Source: a virus
Lineage: Duplodnaviria; Caudoviricetes
Length of the DNA stretch: 57,045 nucleotides
Strand: one strand, 5' to 3'
IMG/VR virus record: IMGVR_UViG_3300020187_000040
Span: 1-57,045 of that record
In this document: in pieces, positions 1-8,108 of the stretch
How positions within the stretch are numbered: the first letter of the stretch is position 1
Layout of the letters: each line of letters opens with the position of its first letter
Made by a program: the position numbers and the translations under genes
The notes under the pieces: generated by a model
What the model was told of the DNA's origin: nothing
Database searches by the model: none
What the model saw: the letters and a program-made list of their open reading frames with translations, nothing else

Positions 1-371
1 CCATCACCATCTGTATCGGTTCCACTTGCACGGTTCTCATTGTCTGGAAAGTTGTCGTCCTGATTTGCGACTCCATCACCATCACTGTCTGCAAGCGGTC
101 CATCTGTGTTGTCGGTATCGAACTCGTTGTCTATACCATCACCATCTGTATCGGTTCCACTTGCACGGTTCTCATTGTCTGGAAAGTTGTCGTCCTGATT
201 TGCGACTCCATCACCATCACTGTCTGCAAGCGGTCCATCTGTGTTGTCGGTATCGAACTCGTCGTCTATACCATCACCATCTGTATCGGTTCCACTTGCA
301 CGGTTCTCATTGTCTGGAAAGTTGTCGTTCTGATTAATCACTCCATCACCATCACTGTCTCCAAGTGGACC
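1..371. repeat. 135-bp coding tandem repeat (45-aa unit with two DxDGDG motifs), about 2.7 copies visible
   Basis: ccatcaccatctgtatcggttccacttgcacgg starts at 1, 136 and 271. The units are nearly identical and the last diverges near 330-371. Confidence 0.95.
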
Positions 372-770
372 GCTTGCATCTATAGAGTAGTTTGCGGTAA
401 TCGACACACTGCCCTCAGGCATTGTAAATGAGTTATTAATTATTGTCACTCCCCCAGAAACCACTGTCCATCCATCAAACAAATATCCAGAGTTTGGAGT
501 TGCAGATAATGCCACAACATTTCCGGCGGCGGCATATTGACCCCCTCCAATTACGGAGCCTTCATTACTGTTTATATTTACTTTATAAACCTGTATATTA
601 GACTCATTATTTTCTAACTCTTCCGGGGATGTTGTAAACCCAAGCGAATAAACACTCCAACCAATTGGTCCATATACTATGATAGATCCAGTATCAGTCT
701 CTAGCCACGTGTCCCCAATTAATGGTTCAAGTGGTCTAGTTTCGGATGTACACGCCAGAAGCCTACTCAT
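1..770 (-). CDS. Partial (runs off the window) virion adhesin/decoration protein: N-terminal fibre-docking-like module, InlB B-repeat-like domain, then thrombospondin type-3-like Ca-binding repeats
   Basis: Absent from the ORF track. ATG at 770 (minus), open to position 1: MSRLLACTSETRPLEPLIGDTWLETDTGSIIVY...ATPNSGYLFDGW...FTMPEGSVSITANY...DSDGDGVINQNDNFPD...DTDGDGIDDEFD. Starts 10 nt after the stop of 781..3825. Confidence 0.85.
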   Translation of the reverse strand, partial: MSRLLACTSETRPLEPLIGDTWLETDTGSIIVYGPIGWSVYSLGFTTSPEELENNESNIQVYKVNINSNEGSVIGGGQYAAAGNVVALSATPNSGYLFDGWTVVSGGVTIINNSFTMPEGSVSITANYSIDASGPLGDSDGDGVINQNDNFPDNENRASGTDTDGDGIDDEFDTDNTDGPLADSDGDGVANQDDNFPDNENRASGTDTDGDGIDNEFDTDNTDGPLADSDGDGVANQDDNFPDNENRASGTDTDGD

Positions 771-780
771 GACCAATATA

Positions 781-3700
781 TCACTTCCCTCTGCTTATCA
801 ATACAGAACTAGGTCTTAACTTATAGTTTTTATTGTCTATATCTAAGAAGCCTAGGTTTTCGTTAAATACCACACCGTCTTCAGGGTTAGTAATATTTTC
901 TGACGCACAGTTTTCTAAAACCGCACTGCTAGTTGATATGCAGTTGGTTCTAGGATATTTACTATAAAAAATGCAATTCTTGAACACACCATTAATACCT
1001 TGAGTTAAGTAATTATGAGCTGATTGGCGATCATTGTGGTCAGCGAATATGGAGTTTTTTATATCAGTATAAGCAGTTTCACCGACATTGAATGAATAAG
1101 TTGCTACTCCTGCTGGAATTTCAAATATAGAACCTTTGGCTGTAACCGAAAGAGATCCAATATACTTATGGGATAAGACATGGCAAGAATCAAAAACATA
1201 GTGGCACTCTCCACCTAAAGTAAAATGGTCTACTGCTATAAGTTGTATCCCTTTAAGGCGAAGAGTTGGATTTTTCCCAGCAGAATTGATTCTCCACCCG
1301 TTATCTGTAAAAATAGCTTGATGGGTGTTTTCTGCTATCATGGTAATATTATTGCCCACATTATCATCTTGCAAAATGGCACTAGTCCATACATATTGGC
1401 CATCTTTAAAGACTATTTGATTGCTAGAGCTTTGTGCCGCAGCAAGAAAAGCTTCAGAGTATTCGTTCCAGTAAAATGGATTACCTTCAGTTCCCGCGCC
1501 AGCGCCAGTTCCTGATTGCACCCAAATTGTATCGGCTGGGTATTTACTTTTGAAAATTCCACCAATACATGGCGAGTCTGGCCGCAACCTAAAATCTTCA
1601 TTTTCTGTAGTTAAGTCAACAAATAATGGATCTGCTACGATACAACTGCCACTATCAACATTTGGTGTATGAATAAAATCTGCGGCACTATTGTAATATA
1701 TATTATCAGTCCAATTTGTGGCCCAAATTCCTGTTTGAGTCTGACCACCAGAGGCAATAACTTGATTTAATGCTGCTATATCTGTGTATACAATACTGTT
1801 TTTAAAATAAGAATTGGCATCCATGGTTTGACCAAAGAATGTATTATTCTCATATGTTGGCCTGCGATATCCAGATAAATTAAAAAATGCACAGCTTTCT
1901 ATTCTATACCTGATGATACCATAACTATGGCCAATCCACTGCATGTCACCACCTGGACTTTTTTGAAGAGGAATGTTGAAAATACAACCCTTTGCATCAA
2001 ACCATTCGGATGGGGATATAATCAATGCCCCACCAATATTAGCAGTTGATGTAGCAGAAAATATGCATCCCCTCAAAGTAAGGTTTCGAAAACCACCTAA
2101 AATACCCCTATTAACATAACTAGTTGTATTGTTAATATGTATGCCAATATTTATGAAATAAAAATCAGAGCCACTAATTGTTGCGTTTGTATCTGTGTTG
2201 GCAGGATTATTATAAAGCATTGGCCATGCATTAATGTTATCTAGACTTACAAGCCTTGTGGATTTTGCACTAGACCCTACAAATCGAATACCATTTGGAT
2301 AGCTGGACTCAAAAGCCATTCCATTCGGACCTTGTCCGCCATTCATTGGGTGGTCACCTGCTTTGAATAAAATATCACAAGAACCAGTATATGCCCTAGC
2401 ATCAATAGCGCTCTGGTAATTCGAAAATGGATTAGATTCTGTACCAAGTGTACCCATTGAAACAGTTATATTGCCCCTCATATTTTCGTGGCCAGGTACA
2501 GTGCATTGATAATAGTATGTATCTGGATATTTGGGCGAAAAAGTAGTTGTCCCGCTCGCTTCAGAGGCTACCTGAATCCCTTGGCTGTTGTAAATTGCAA
2601 GAGCGTGCCCACCAGTAGTGTTAGTGAATACCAAGGTGTCCCTGATGTTTGCATTGATTGACGGGTCTGTTCCTGTAGCGTCTCCGCTAAAAGTATAATT
2701 GCTACCATCCCCAGCATCAAGAGAGAAAGAATAAGATGCATTGATTTCTGTGTGCGCAGAATCTACCCATAAACCATCTGGGTATTTTTCGTTTAATGGA
2801 TTGACGGTTGTAATCCCTCCGATCAATGAGGAGGAAGGGCGAAGTTGGAAATCTCTAAATGAAGAACCTAATGGGTTAACGAAAGAAGGTTCAATATTTA
2901 TAAGATTACCTGTGTTATTGACAACCTGACCAGAGGCATCAAAAAATACATTATTTTCCCATGTTCCTTTGTAAAAGCCACTGCTCGAAGCAAGTGATGT
3001 CGAGCCTGCATGGCTTTTAATATAAAATATATTATTTTTAAAAACAGGATTCATTAAACCCTGATTAATTAAACTGCTAAGCAATGGTTGAGCTGTAGTT
3101 GATGTTAAAATAACCGTGTTGTTTAGCATTTGAATAGCTTTGTCTGTACTCGCTGAATTGGTAGCTTGCCCAAAAGCTGCATAAAACATACCGTAAGTAG
3201 GTAGGGTTTGTTTAATTAAACAATTACTAACTACAGAATTAGCGGGCGGCCACCAATAACCACCACCGATAGATAAAATACATCGATTATAATTAAAACC
3301 AACTCTACCTCCATCAGGGTAATTGCTATAACCACTAATCCCAGGACTTCTTACATCTAATCCAACGCATAAAATATTTGCTGGCTTAAAGGCCGATTGA
3401 CCAATTATTGCTTCATAATCATTCAGGGCCCTTAATGTAGGTCTTCCGTTTTGTGGATAAACCGTCGAACTAAAAGGAAGATAATCATATAAACCATCAG
3501 TAAGAATGACCTCATCACCATCCGTTAAACTATCCAGCAAAAAATTACTTTGAATTAAATCAGTCGCCTTATATGGGTCGTCTAAGGTTCCTGAAACCTC
3601 CCTCCAGTCAGTAGTATTTGTGTTTGGTGGAGAATTTACATCCCCATCATGATTTGTTAAAGCTTCGTATATTTTACCATTATACGAAACCCTCATGCCA

Positions 3701-3825
3701 GTTAGCCAGTCAGGGTTTCTTCCGCCCACATCAGAGCCATCCCACTCTCCACCAAAAGATGGAATGGAAGGAAGGCCTCCGTATGTATCGGTATTACTAG
3801 ATTGCTTTAAATATACTGTCGCCAT
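781..3825 (-). CDS. Multidomain tail spike/receptor-binding-like protein: CBM5/12-like module, three beta-helix-like modules, inserted cupredoxin-like domain
   Basis: 1014 aa. W...RVSYNGKIYEAL..H....P......W module; three units starting GTxxxP[F/Y] and ending [F/Y]xLRPxS; H...YYYQCTVPGHENMRGNITV. Confidence 0.7.
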   Translation of the reverse strand: MATVYLKQSSNTDTYGGLPSIPSFGGEWDGSDVGGRNPDWLTGMRVSYNGKIYEALTNHDGDVNSPPNTNTTDWREVSGTLDDPYKATDLIQSNFLLDSLTDGDEVILTDGLYDYLPFSSTVYPQNGRPTLRALNDYEAIIGQSAFKPANILCVGLDVRSPGISGYSNYPDGGRVGFNYNRCILSIGGGYWWPPANSVVSNCLIKQTLPTYGMFYAAFGQATNSASTDKAIQMLNNTVILTSTTAQPLLSSLINQGLMNPVFKNNIFYIKSHAGSTSLASSSGFYKGTWENNVFFDASGQVVNNTGNLINIEPSFVNPLGSSFRDFQLRPSSSLIGGITTVNPLNEKYPDGLWVDSAHTEINASYSFSLDAGDGSNYTFSGDATGTDPSINANIRDTLVFTNTTGGHALAIYNSQGIQVASEASGTTTFSPKYPDTYYYQCTVPGHENMRGNITVSMGTLGTESNPFSNYQSAIDARAYTGSCDILFKAGDHPMNGGQGPNGMAFESSYPNGIRFVGSSAKSTRLVSLDNINAWPMLYNNPANTDTNATISGSDFYFINIGIHINNTTSYVNRGILGGFRNLTLRGCIFSATSTANIGGALIISPSEWFDAKGCIFNIPLQKSPGGDMQWIGHSYGIIRYRIESCAFFNLSGYRRPTYENNTFFGQTMDANSYFKNSIVYTDIAALNQVIASGGQTQTGIWATNWTDNIYYNSAADFIHTPNVDSGSCIVADPLFVDLTTENEDFRLRPDSPCIGGIFKSKYPADTIWVQSGTGAGAGTEGNPFYWNEYSEAFLAAAQSSSNQIVFKDGQYVWTSAILQDDNVGNNITMIAENTHQAIFTDNGWRINSAGKNPTLRLKGIQLIAVDHFTLGGECHYVFDSCHVLSHKYIGSLSVTAKGSIFEIPAGVATYSFNVGETAYTDIKNSIFADHNDRQSAHNYLTQGINGVFKNCIFYSKYPRTNCISTSSAVLENCASENITNPEDGVVFNENLGFLDIDNKNYKLRPSSVLISRGK

Positions 3826-3827
3826 AA

Positions 3828-5054
3828 TTAGAAATAACCTCCGTCAATTAATAAAGGACTGGGGTTTGATCCTATTGATGGGTTTTGAAATCCCTGCCTA
3901 ATTGGAAGACCATTCGTTCCAAGCGAATCACTGTCACCATTAATAACAGAGTAAGATTCTCCATCTGTATGTACGAACTCGATATCTGAAGGGCTGTCGC
4001 CGTCATCAACTTTAACAGCAATACCTAAAGCAATAGCATTGTTAGCATTAACTTCTTCTTCTCCCCCTACAAGGTGAGCCACCCTATTGCCAGCTGTATC
4101 AGTTGTAAATAAAATAAAAGAACTTTCATCAGAATAAATCCTAGTATCAACTGGATTAATTGGGTGCGCGCCAATATCAGTAGCGCCTTTAACTTTAAAA
4201 TCATTAAATCTATACCAACCAGATGGCAAATCACCCTGACCTGTCGTACCAACAACAAACCTTTCTTGATCCGTTAATAACTTAAATTTTATATCTTGGT
4301 CTATACCTGTTAGCACCGAAGCTGTCCCCAGGCCTAATTTATCTGCGGTTAAAATTGTAACTACATTTCCTTCGTCATCTTGGGCTTGAGGTATAGATTC
4401 AAAATATAAAGATTCCGGGTTATTTGGGTCTGGTTTAACCGCAGCTTGACCAACCAAGAACCCAGCTTCAGAAACTACAAGTCTACCCTGGTTATCTGAA
4501 TCCACGCTGGATTGACCAATTTTGATACCACTTGGTAAATTTAATACATCTCCTTCTGCCGATATACTTATGTTTTCTCCAATTTTTAATGAATTATCAC
4601 TAAGAAATAGGTGTCGAATTTTCTTATCTGCTGAACCGATGTCAAAGTCTGCATTTGTAGCTGGTAACATGTGTCCCGAAAAATTTATACCCCCCTCTAC
4701 AATAATGGATCCATCTTGCTCTATTGGTTGGTAGTTGTGGCTACTATTAAAATCAGAAATCTGAGAGGTGGTTATACTTAATGCAGCTTGATGTCCAGTC
4801 ACATCGGATTCAGTAACTGTATAGTCTGTGATATAAGATCCAAGGTCTGATATCTGGCTTTCGCTAATCGTAAGGGCTGCCTCATGTCCAGTCACATCAG
4901 ATTGTGTTACCACATATCCAGTTAACACCTGATTTCCATCAACATTAACTTCTTCAAAGTTCCCCGTTTTAAAGCCGGCATACCCCCAATGCAAACCAGG
5001 CTTACCTATTCCCCCTTCTCCGTCTCCTCTTGGTACTAAATTTCTTGTTGTCAT
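3828..5054 (-). CDS. Tail fibre-like protein
   Basis: 408 aa. N-terminal RNLVPRGDGEGGIG, duplicated YxVTxSDVTGHxAALxIxxSQISD repeat, and GHMLPATNADFDIGS..KKIRHLFLS typical of phage fibres. GAGGA RBS upstream. Confidence 0.65.
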   Translation of the reverse strand: MTTRNLVPRGDGEGGIGKPGLHWGYAGFKTGNFEEVNVDGNQVLTGYVVTQSDVTGHEAALTISESQISDLGSYITDYTVTESDVTGHQAALSITTSQISDFNSSHNYQPIEQDGSIIVEGGINFSGHMLPATNADFDIGSADKKIRHLFLSDNSLKIGENISISAEGDVLNLPSGIKIGQSSVDSDNQGRLVVSEAGFLVGQAAVKPDPNNPESLYFESIPQAQDDEGNVVTILTADKLGLGTASVLTGIDQDIKFKLLTDQERFVVGTTGQGDLPSGWYRFNDFKVKGATDIGAHPINPVDTRIYSDESSFILFTTDTAGNRVAHLVGGEEEVNANNAIALGIAVKVDDGDSPSDIEFVHTDGESYSVINGDSDSLGTNGLPIRQGFQNPSIGSNPSPLLIDGGYF

Positions 5055-5104
5055 ATTTGTCCTCTAATATATTTCATTAATTATAACTACACATTTAAAT
5101 CAAA

Positions 5105-5482
5105 TTATATCGGATTATCTCTAGGAGAAATATCTCCATTAATATCTTCAAAGTATTGTATGCCAGACTCCTCTGTTTCGTAATCTGATTCTCTTGGTGA
5201 ATAATCCGTAGAATTAACAGCTTCCCACAACTCTATTGCTGGGCCTTGAGAGTCTATCGAGGCGGTTCTTAATACCAGGTCACCGTCTTGTTCTTTTTCA
5301 AACCATTGAACGGAAAGGCTATTTTCAGCTATATTATGAGTTAAATCGTATTGAGCTACCCTCCATCCAGTTTCCTCTTTAATCAGTAAGCTTTTCGTCT
5401 CTGTATCAAAAAAAATATCCCCGACACTTGCATTGGTCGGCATATTAGAAGATGCACATGTTTTTATTGTTGTATAGCTCAT
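5105..5482 (-). CDS. Small virion structural/adaptor protein
   Basis: 125 aa. N-terminal CASSNMPTNASVGDIFFDTETKSLLI...GW resembles the N-terminus of the 770 ORF. Acidic C-terminal repeats. Confidence 0.55.
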   Translation of the reverse strand: MSYTTIKTCASSNMPTNASVGDIFFDTETKSLLIKEETGWRVAQYDLTHNIAENSLSVQWFEKEQDGDLVLRTASIDSQGPAIELWEAVNSTDYSPRESDYETEESGIQYFEDINGDISPRDNPI

Positions 5483-5508
5483 TATCTTAATGATACACTT
5501 AAAGAATA

Positions 5509-8100
5509 TTAGTTACTATCAACAATATACCAAGTTCCATCATAGTATATATATAAATTAGCCGTATCAGTTCCGTATGCCACGGTAGCCTCCCCCGAAG
5601 GGTTAGTTGGTTCTGTTGCTAATATTTCTGCCTCAGTTGCTTGAAAGTTAATATTAAAAGGGCCCTGATCTATGTTTTCATAAATATACCATATACCTTC
5701 ATAATATACATATAGGTTCGAAGTATCTGATCCATATGCTATCACAACCTCACCCGAAGGATTGGTTGGTTCTGTTGATAGTATTTCTTGCTCTGTTGCA
5801 ACAAAAGATATATTAAAAACACAATCCATCCATTTAGCTGCTATTCGCGACCTATTAATACCGGCATCTATATCCCACAAACCATTACCGCTAACCCATG
5901 GAGCATGAACGTTTAATGACATATTGCTATGACCCCATAGGGATGCTCTTCCGCACGGACTAAAACCATCTAAATCTGGTAAATACTTAAAAGCTACAAA
6001 ACAAGATAATCCACTTAATTGCCTCTGTGTATTACCTCCGGCTAAAAATGGAGATCCCCCACTAACTGTCTGCATATAATCACTCTCTGGGGTCTCTGCA
6101 CCATCAAACCTAATTGCCGGCAGTCCGTGAAGCTCTGAATAAATTGGGCTATCTACTCCAGCTGGCACATAAAAGCTCGCGCCAGATGATGTTTTATCGG
6201 TCCATTCAATTACTTCTCCATTAGATTCAACTATTGAAGTTTCATTATACCACCCAACTAGGGGGCTACCTATATCCGATGGCCTCCAACCGATAACACC
6301 TGAAGATTTATACGGATGAGACTCGGGCAGGAATTGTTGCATGGACCATTTATGGGCCAGGTATCCTTCTATTTTTTGCCTGTTTGCATTGCTTACATTT
6401 TCATCAATTACAACAATCTCCCCGATCACAGACGACTGATTAAAAGCAACCTCAGCTATCTTCATTCTTGCATTAGTTCCAATAACTATATTTTTATCTC
6501 TATCCGTTTCCTCAACTAAAAGGTTTCCATTCTGCCACATTTGCTGTGTCGTGGTTGATTGATCGTAAGTCCAACCACCTATAAAATTAATAAGCCTATC
6601 ACTAACCTCATCATATATCGCTGTCACAATTACATTGCTAGCAGGCATGATAATTTTATTATCAACAATCTCTACTGGGTTACCTTGCAAGTCAACTGCA
6701 GTTATAGAGCTTAAGAAGAAATTGTTTTGCGGATACAATAAGAGTATTACCTCTTGCCCTTCTTTATATAGAGGCTCTGGATATGATGCTTCGGACCCAC
6801 CAGGACTGTCTACGAAAGTAATACTATATTCATAACCTGCATTTCTATTACTTCCCTCGATCTTATTATATTCAACATCGTATGCATACGATGATCTTGG
6901 CGATAACCCAACAACTCTACTAATTTGTTGCTGCTTTTTTACTGCCGGCAAATATGCCAATTCCGTTGACAGAGCTCTGTGCTCACTTGAGTATCTACTT
7001 TTTGAGCCCAATCCTATATGCCAGTTTATAACAGTATCTAATAATGTTGTAGAGAAATCTTTATAAGAAAATAATCCTAAATTTTTAACATCATCTGATG
7101 CACCAAAATAATAAAAACAATATAATATATTATCTTTTAATATTTTAGGATCCCTTGTTGTTAGTTCTACTGATTCATCCTCTATTGCATCTCCCCATAG
7201 ATTTCTTTTTAATTTGCCATACCAATTTTTATTTATATATTCTTCTAGGTGCTGATAAAAAACTTCGTCCCTATTTGATCCGTCTCTGAATATTGAGTCA
7301 GCATTTGCAGATCCATTAACATCAAATATGGAGTTCCACTCAGTTAGTGTGGTGTTTTTATCCACCAGCCCCCCATAAATTAGCCCGGGTTTTTCATCTA
7401 ACCTTATACTGCCGACTCCCAGTAAATCTTCCTCGAGATAGTTTCTTTTCAAGTTAAACTTAAATAAAGACCCCTCAAGCTTTGGGGAGAATATCTCGAG
7501 AGCCATTAATTCTTTTGAAAAAAGCAATAGAACATTAGCGTGTGTTTCTGACAGCGAAAACCTTTCTTTTAAATACCTGACAGCATAACTCCTTCTCCCT
7601 AATGACCCTTGCTGGTTTGTTTTAATCTCTAAGTGGGGGGAGCTCTTATTAGAATCTTCTATGCTTGTTAATTCTACAGGAAACCAATCTCCCTCTGCCG
7701 GCCAAGATATATTATAATAGTCGTCAAGTATCAAGAACTCTCCTTTATGATATTCATCTTCGCTTAGAAGGGTAACATCTTGAGTGATTGGCAGCTTATT
7801 TGTTACAGTACTTTCTTGAGACAACATTGATACATGCTCGCCAGGCACCCATGCAAGCCCATCAGGATATCCGACCATATCTAACTCTGTTGTACTTAAC
7901 GGCTTCGACTCGTTAGTAAAAGACCTATGCCTACTTAGCTCAAAAATATAATCAGACTTTGTTGTATACTGCAGTATGCCAGTACCTCCAATATTAAATA
8001 AATTAATTTCAGAGTTAGTCGCAGCATCCATAGCTATACTAAAAGATAAATAATCGTTTTGATTATTGCTTGAAGAAATATTTATTTCATTAAATTCCAT
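5509..8100 (-). CDS. Virion protein with InlB B-repeat-like domain, LamG/ConA-like domain and duplicated C-terminal module
   Basis: 863 aa. YKEGQEV...IMPASNVIVTAIY; KIEGYLAHKW...LPESHPYK; two copies of FNIxFxATExEILxTEPTNPSGExxxAYGxDTxNLYxYYxGxWYI. Confidence 0.6.
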   Translation of the reverse strand: MEFNEINISSSNNQNDYLSFSIAMDAATNSEINLFNIGGTGILQYTTKSDYIFELSRHRSFTNESKPLSTTELDMVGYPDGLAWVPGEHVSMLSQESTVTNKLPITQDVTLLSEDEYHKGEFLILDDYYNISWPAEGDWFPVELTSIEDSNKSSPHLEIKTNQQGSLGRRSYAVRYLKERFSLSETHANVLLLFSKELMALEIFSPKLEGSLFKFNLKRNYLEEDLLGVGSIRLDEKPGLIYGGLVDKNTTLTEWNSIFDVNGSANADSIFRDGSNRDEVFYQHLEEYINKNWYGKLKRNLWGDAIEDESVELTTRDPKILKDNILYCFYYFGASDDVKNLGLFSYKDFSTTLLDTVINWHIGLGSKSRYSSEHRALSTELAYLPAVKKQQQISRVVGLSPRSSYAYDVEYNKIEGSNRNAGYEYSITFVDSPGGSEASYPEPLYKEGQEVILLLYPQNNFFLSSITAVDLQGNPVEIVDNKIIMPASNVIVTAIYDEVSDRLINFIGGWTYDQSTTTQQMWQNGNLLVEETDRDKNIVIGTNARMKIAEVAFNQSSVIGEIVVIDENVSNANRQKIEGYLAHKWSMQQFLPESHPYKSSGVIGWRPSDIGSPLVGWYNETSIVESNGEVIEWTDKTSSGASFYVPAGVDSPIYSELHGLPAIRFDGAETPESDYMQTVSGGSPFLAGGNTQRQLSGLSCFVAFKYLPDLDGFSPCGRASLWGHSNMSLNVHAPWVSGNGLWDIDAGINRSRIAAKWMDCVFNISFVATEQEILSTEPTNPSGEVVIAYGSDTSNLYVYYEGIWYIYENIDQGPFNINFQATEAEILATEPTNPSGEATVAYGTDTANLYIYYDGTWYIVDSN

Positions 8101-8108
8101 CTTGTTTA

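Noticed and set aside
26-337. His/Cys-rich plus-strand ORF resembling a metal-binding peptide
   Set aside because: It is the antisense shadow of the DxDGDG repeats in the real minus-strand gene starting at 770.
1-371. 135-bp repeats as a CRISPR array or DGR template/variable pair
   Set aside because: Units are contiguous with no unique spacers, in frame and coding. No cas or reverse transcriptase gene is visible and there is no adenine-specific mismatch pattern.
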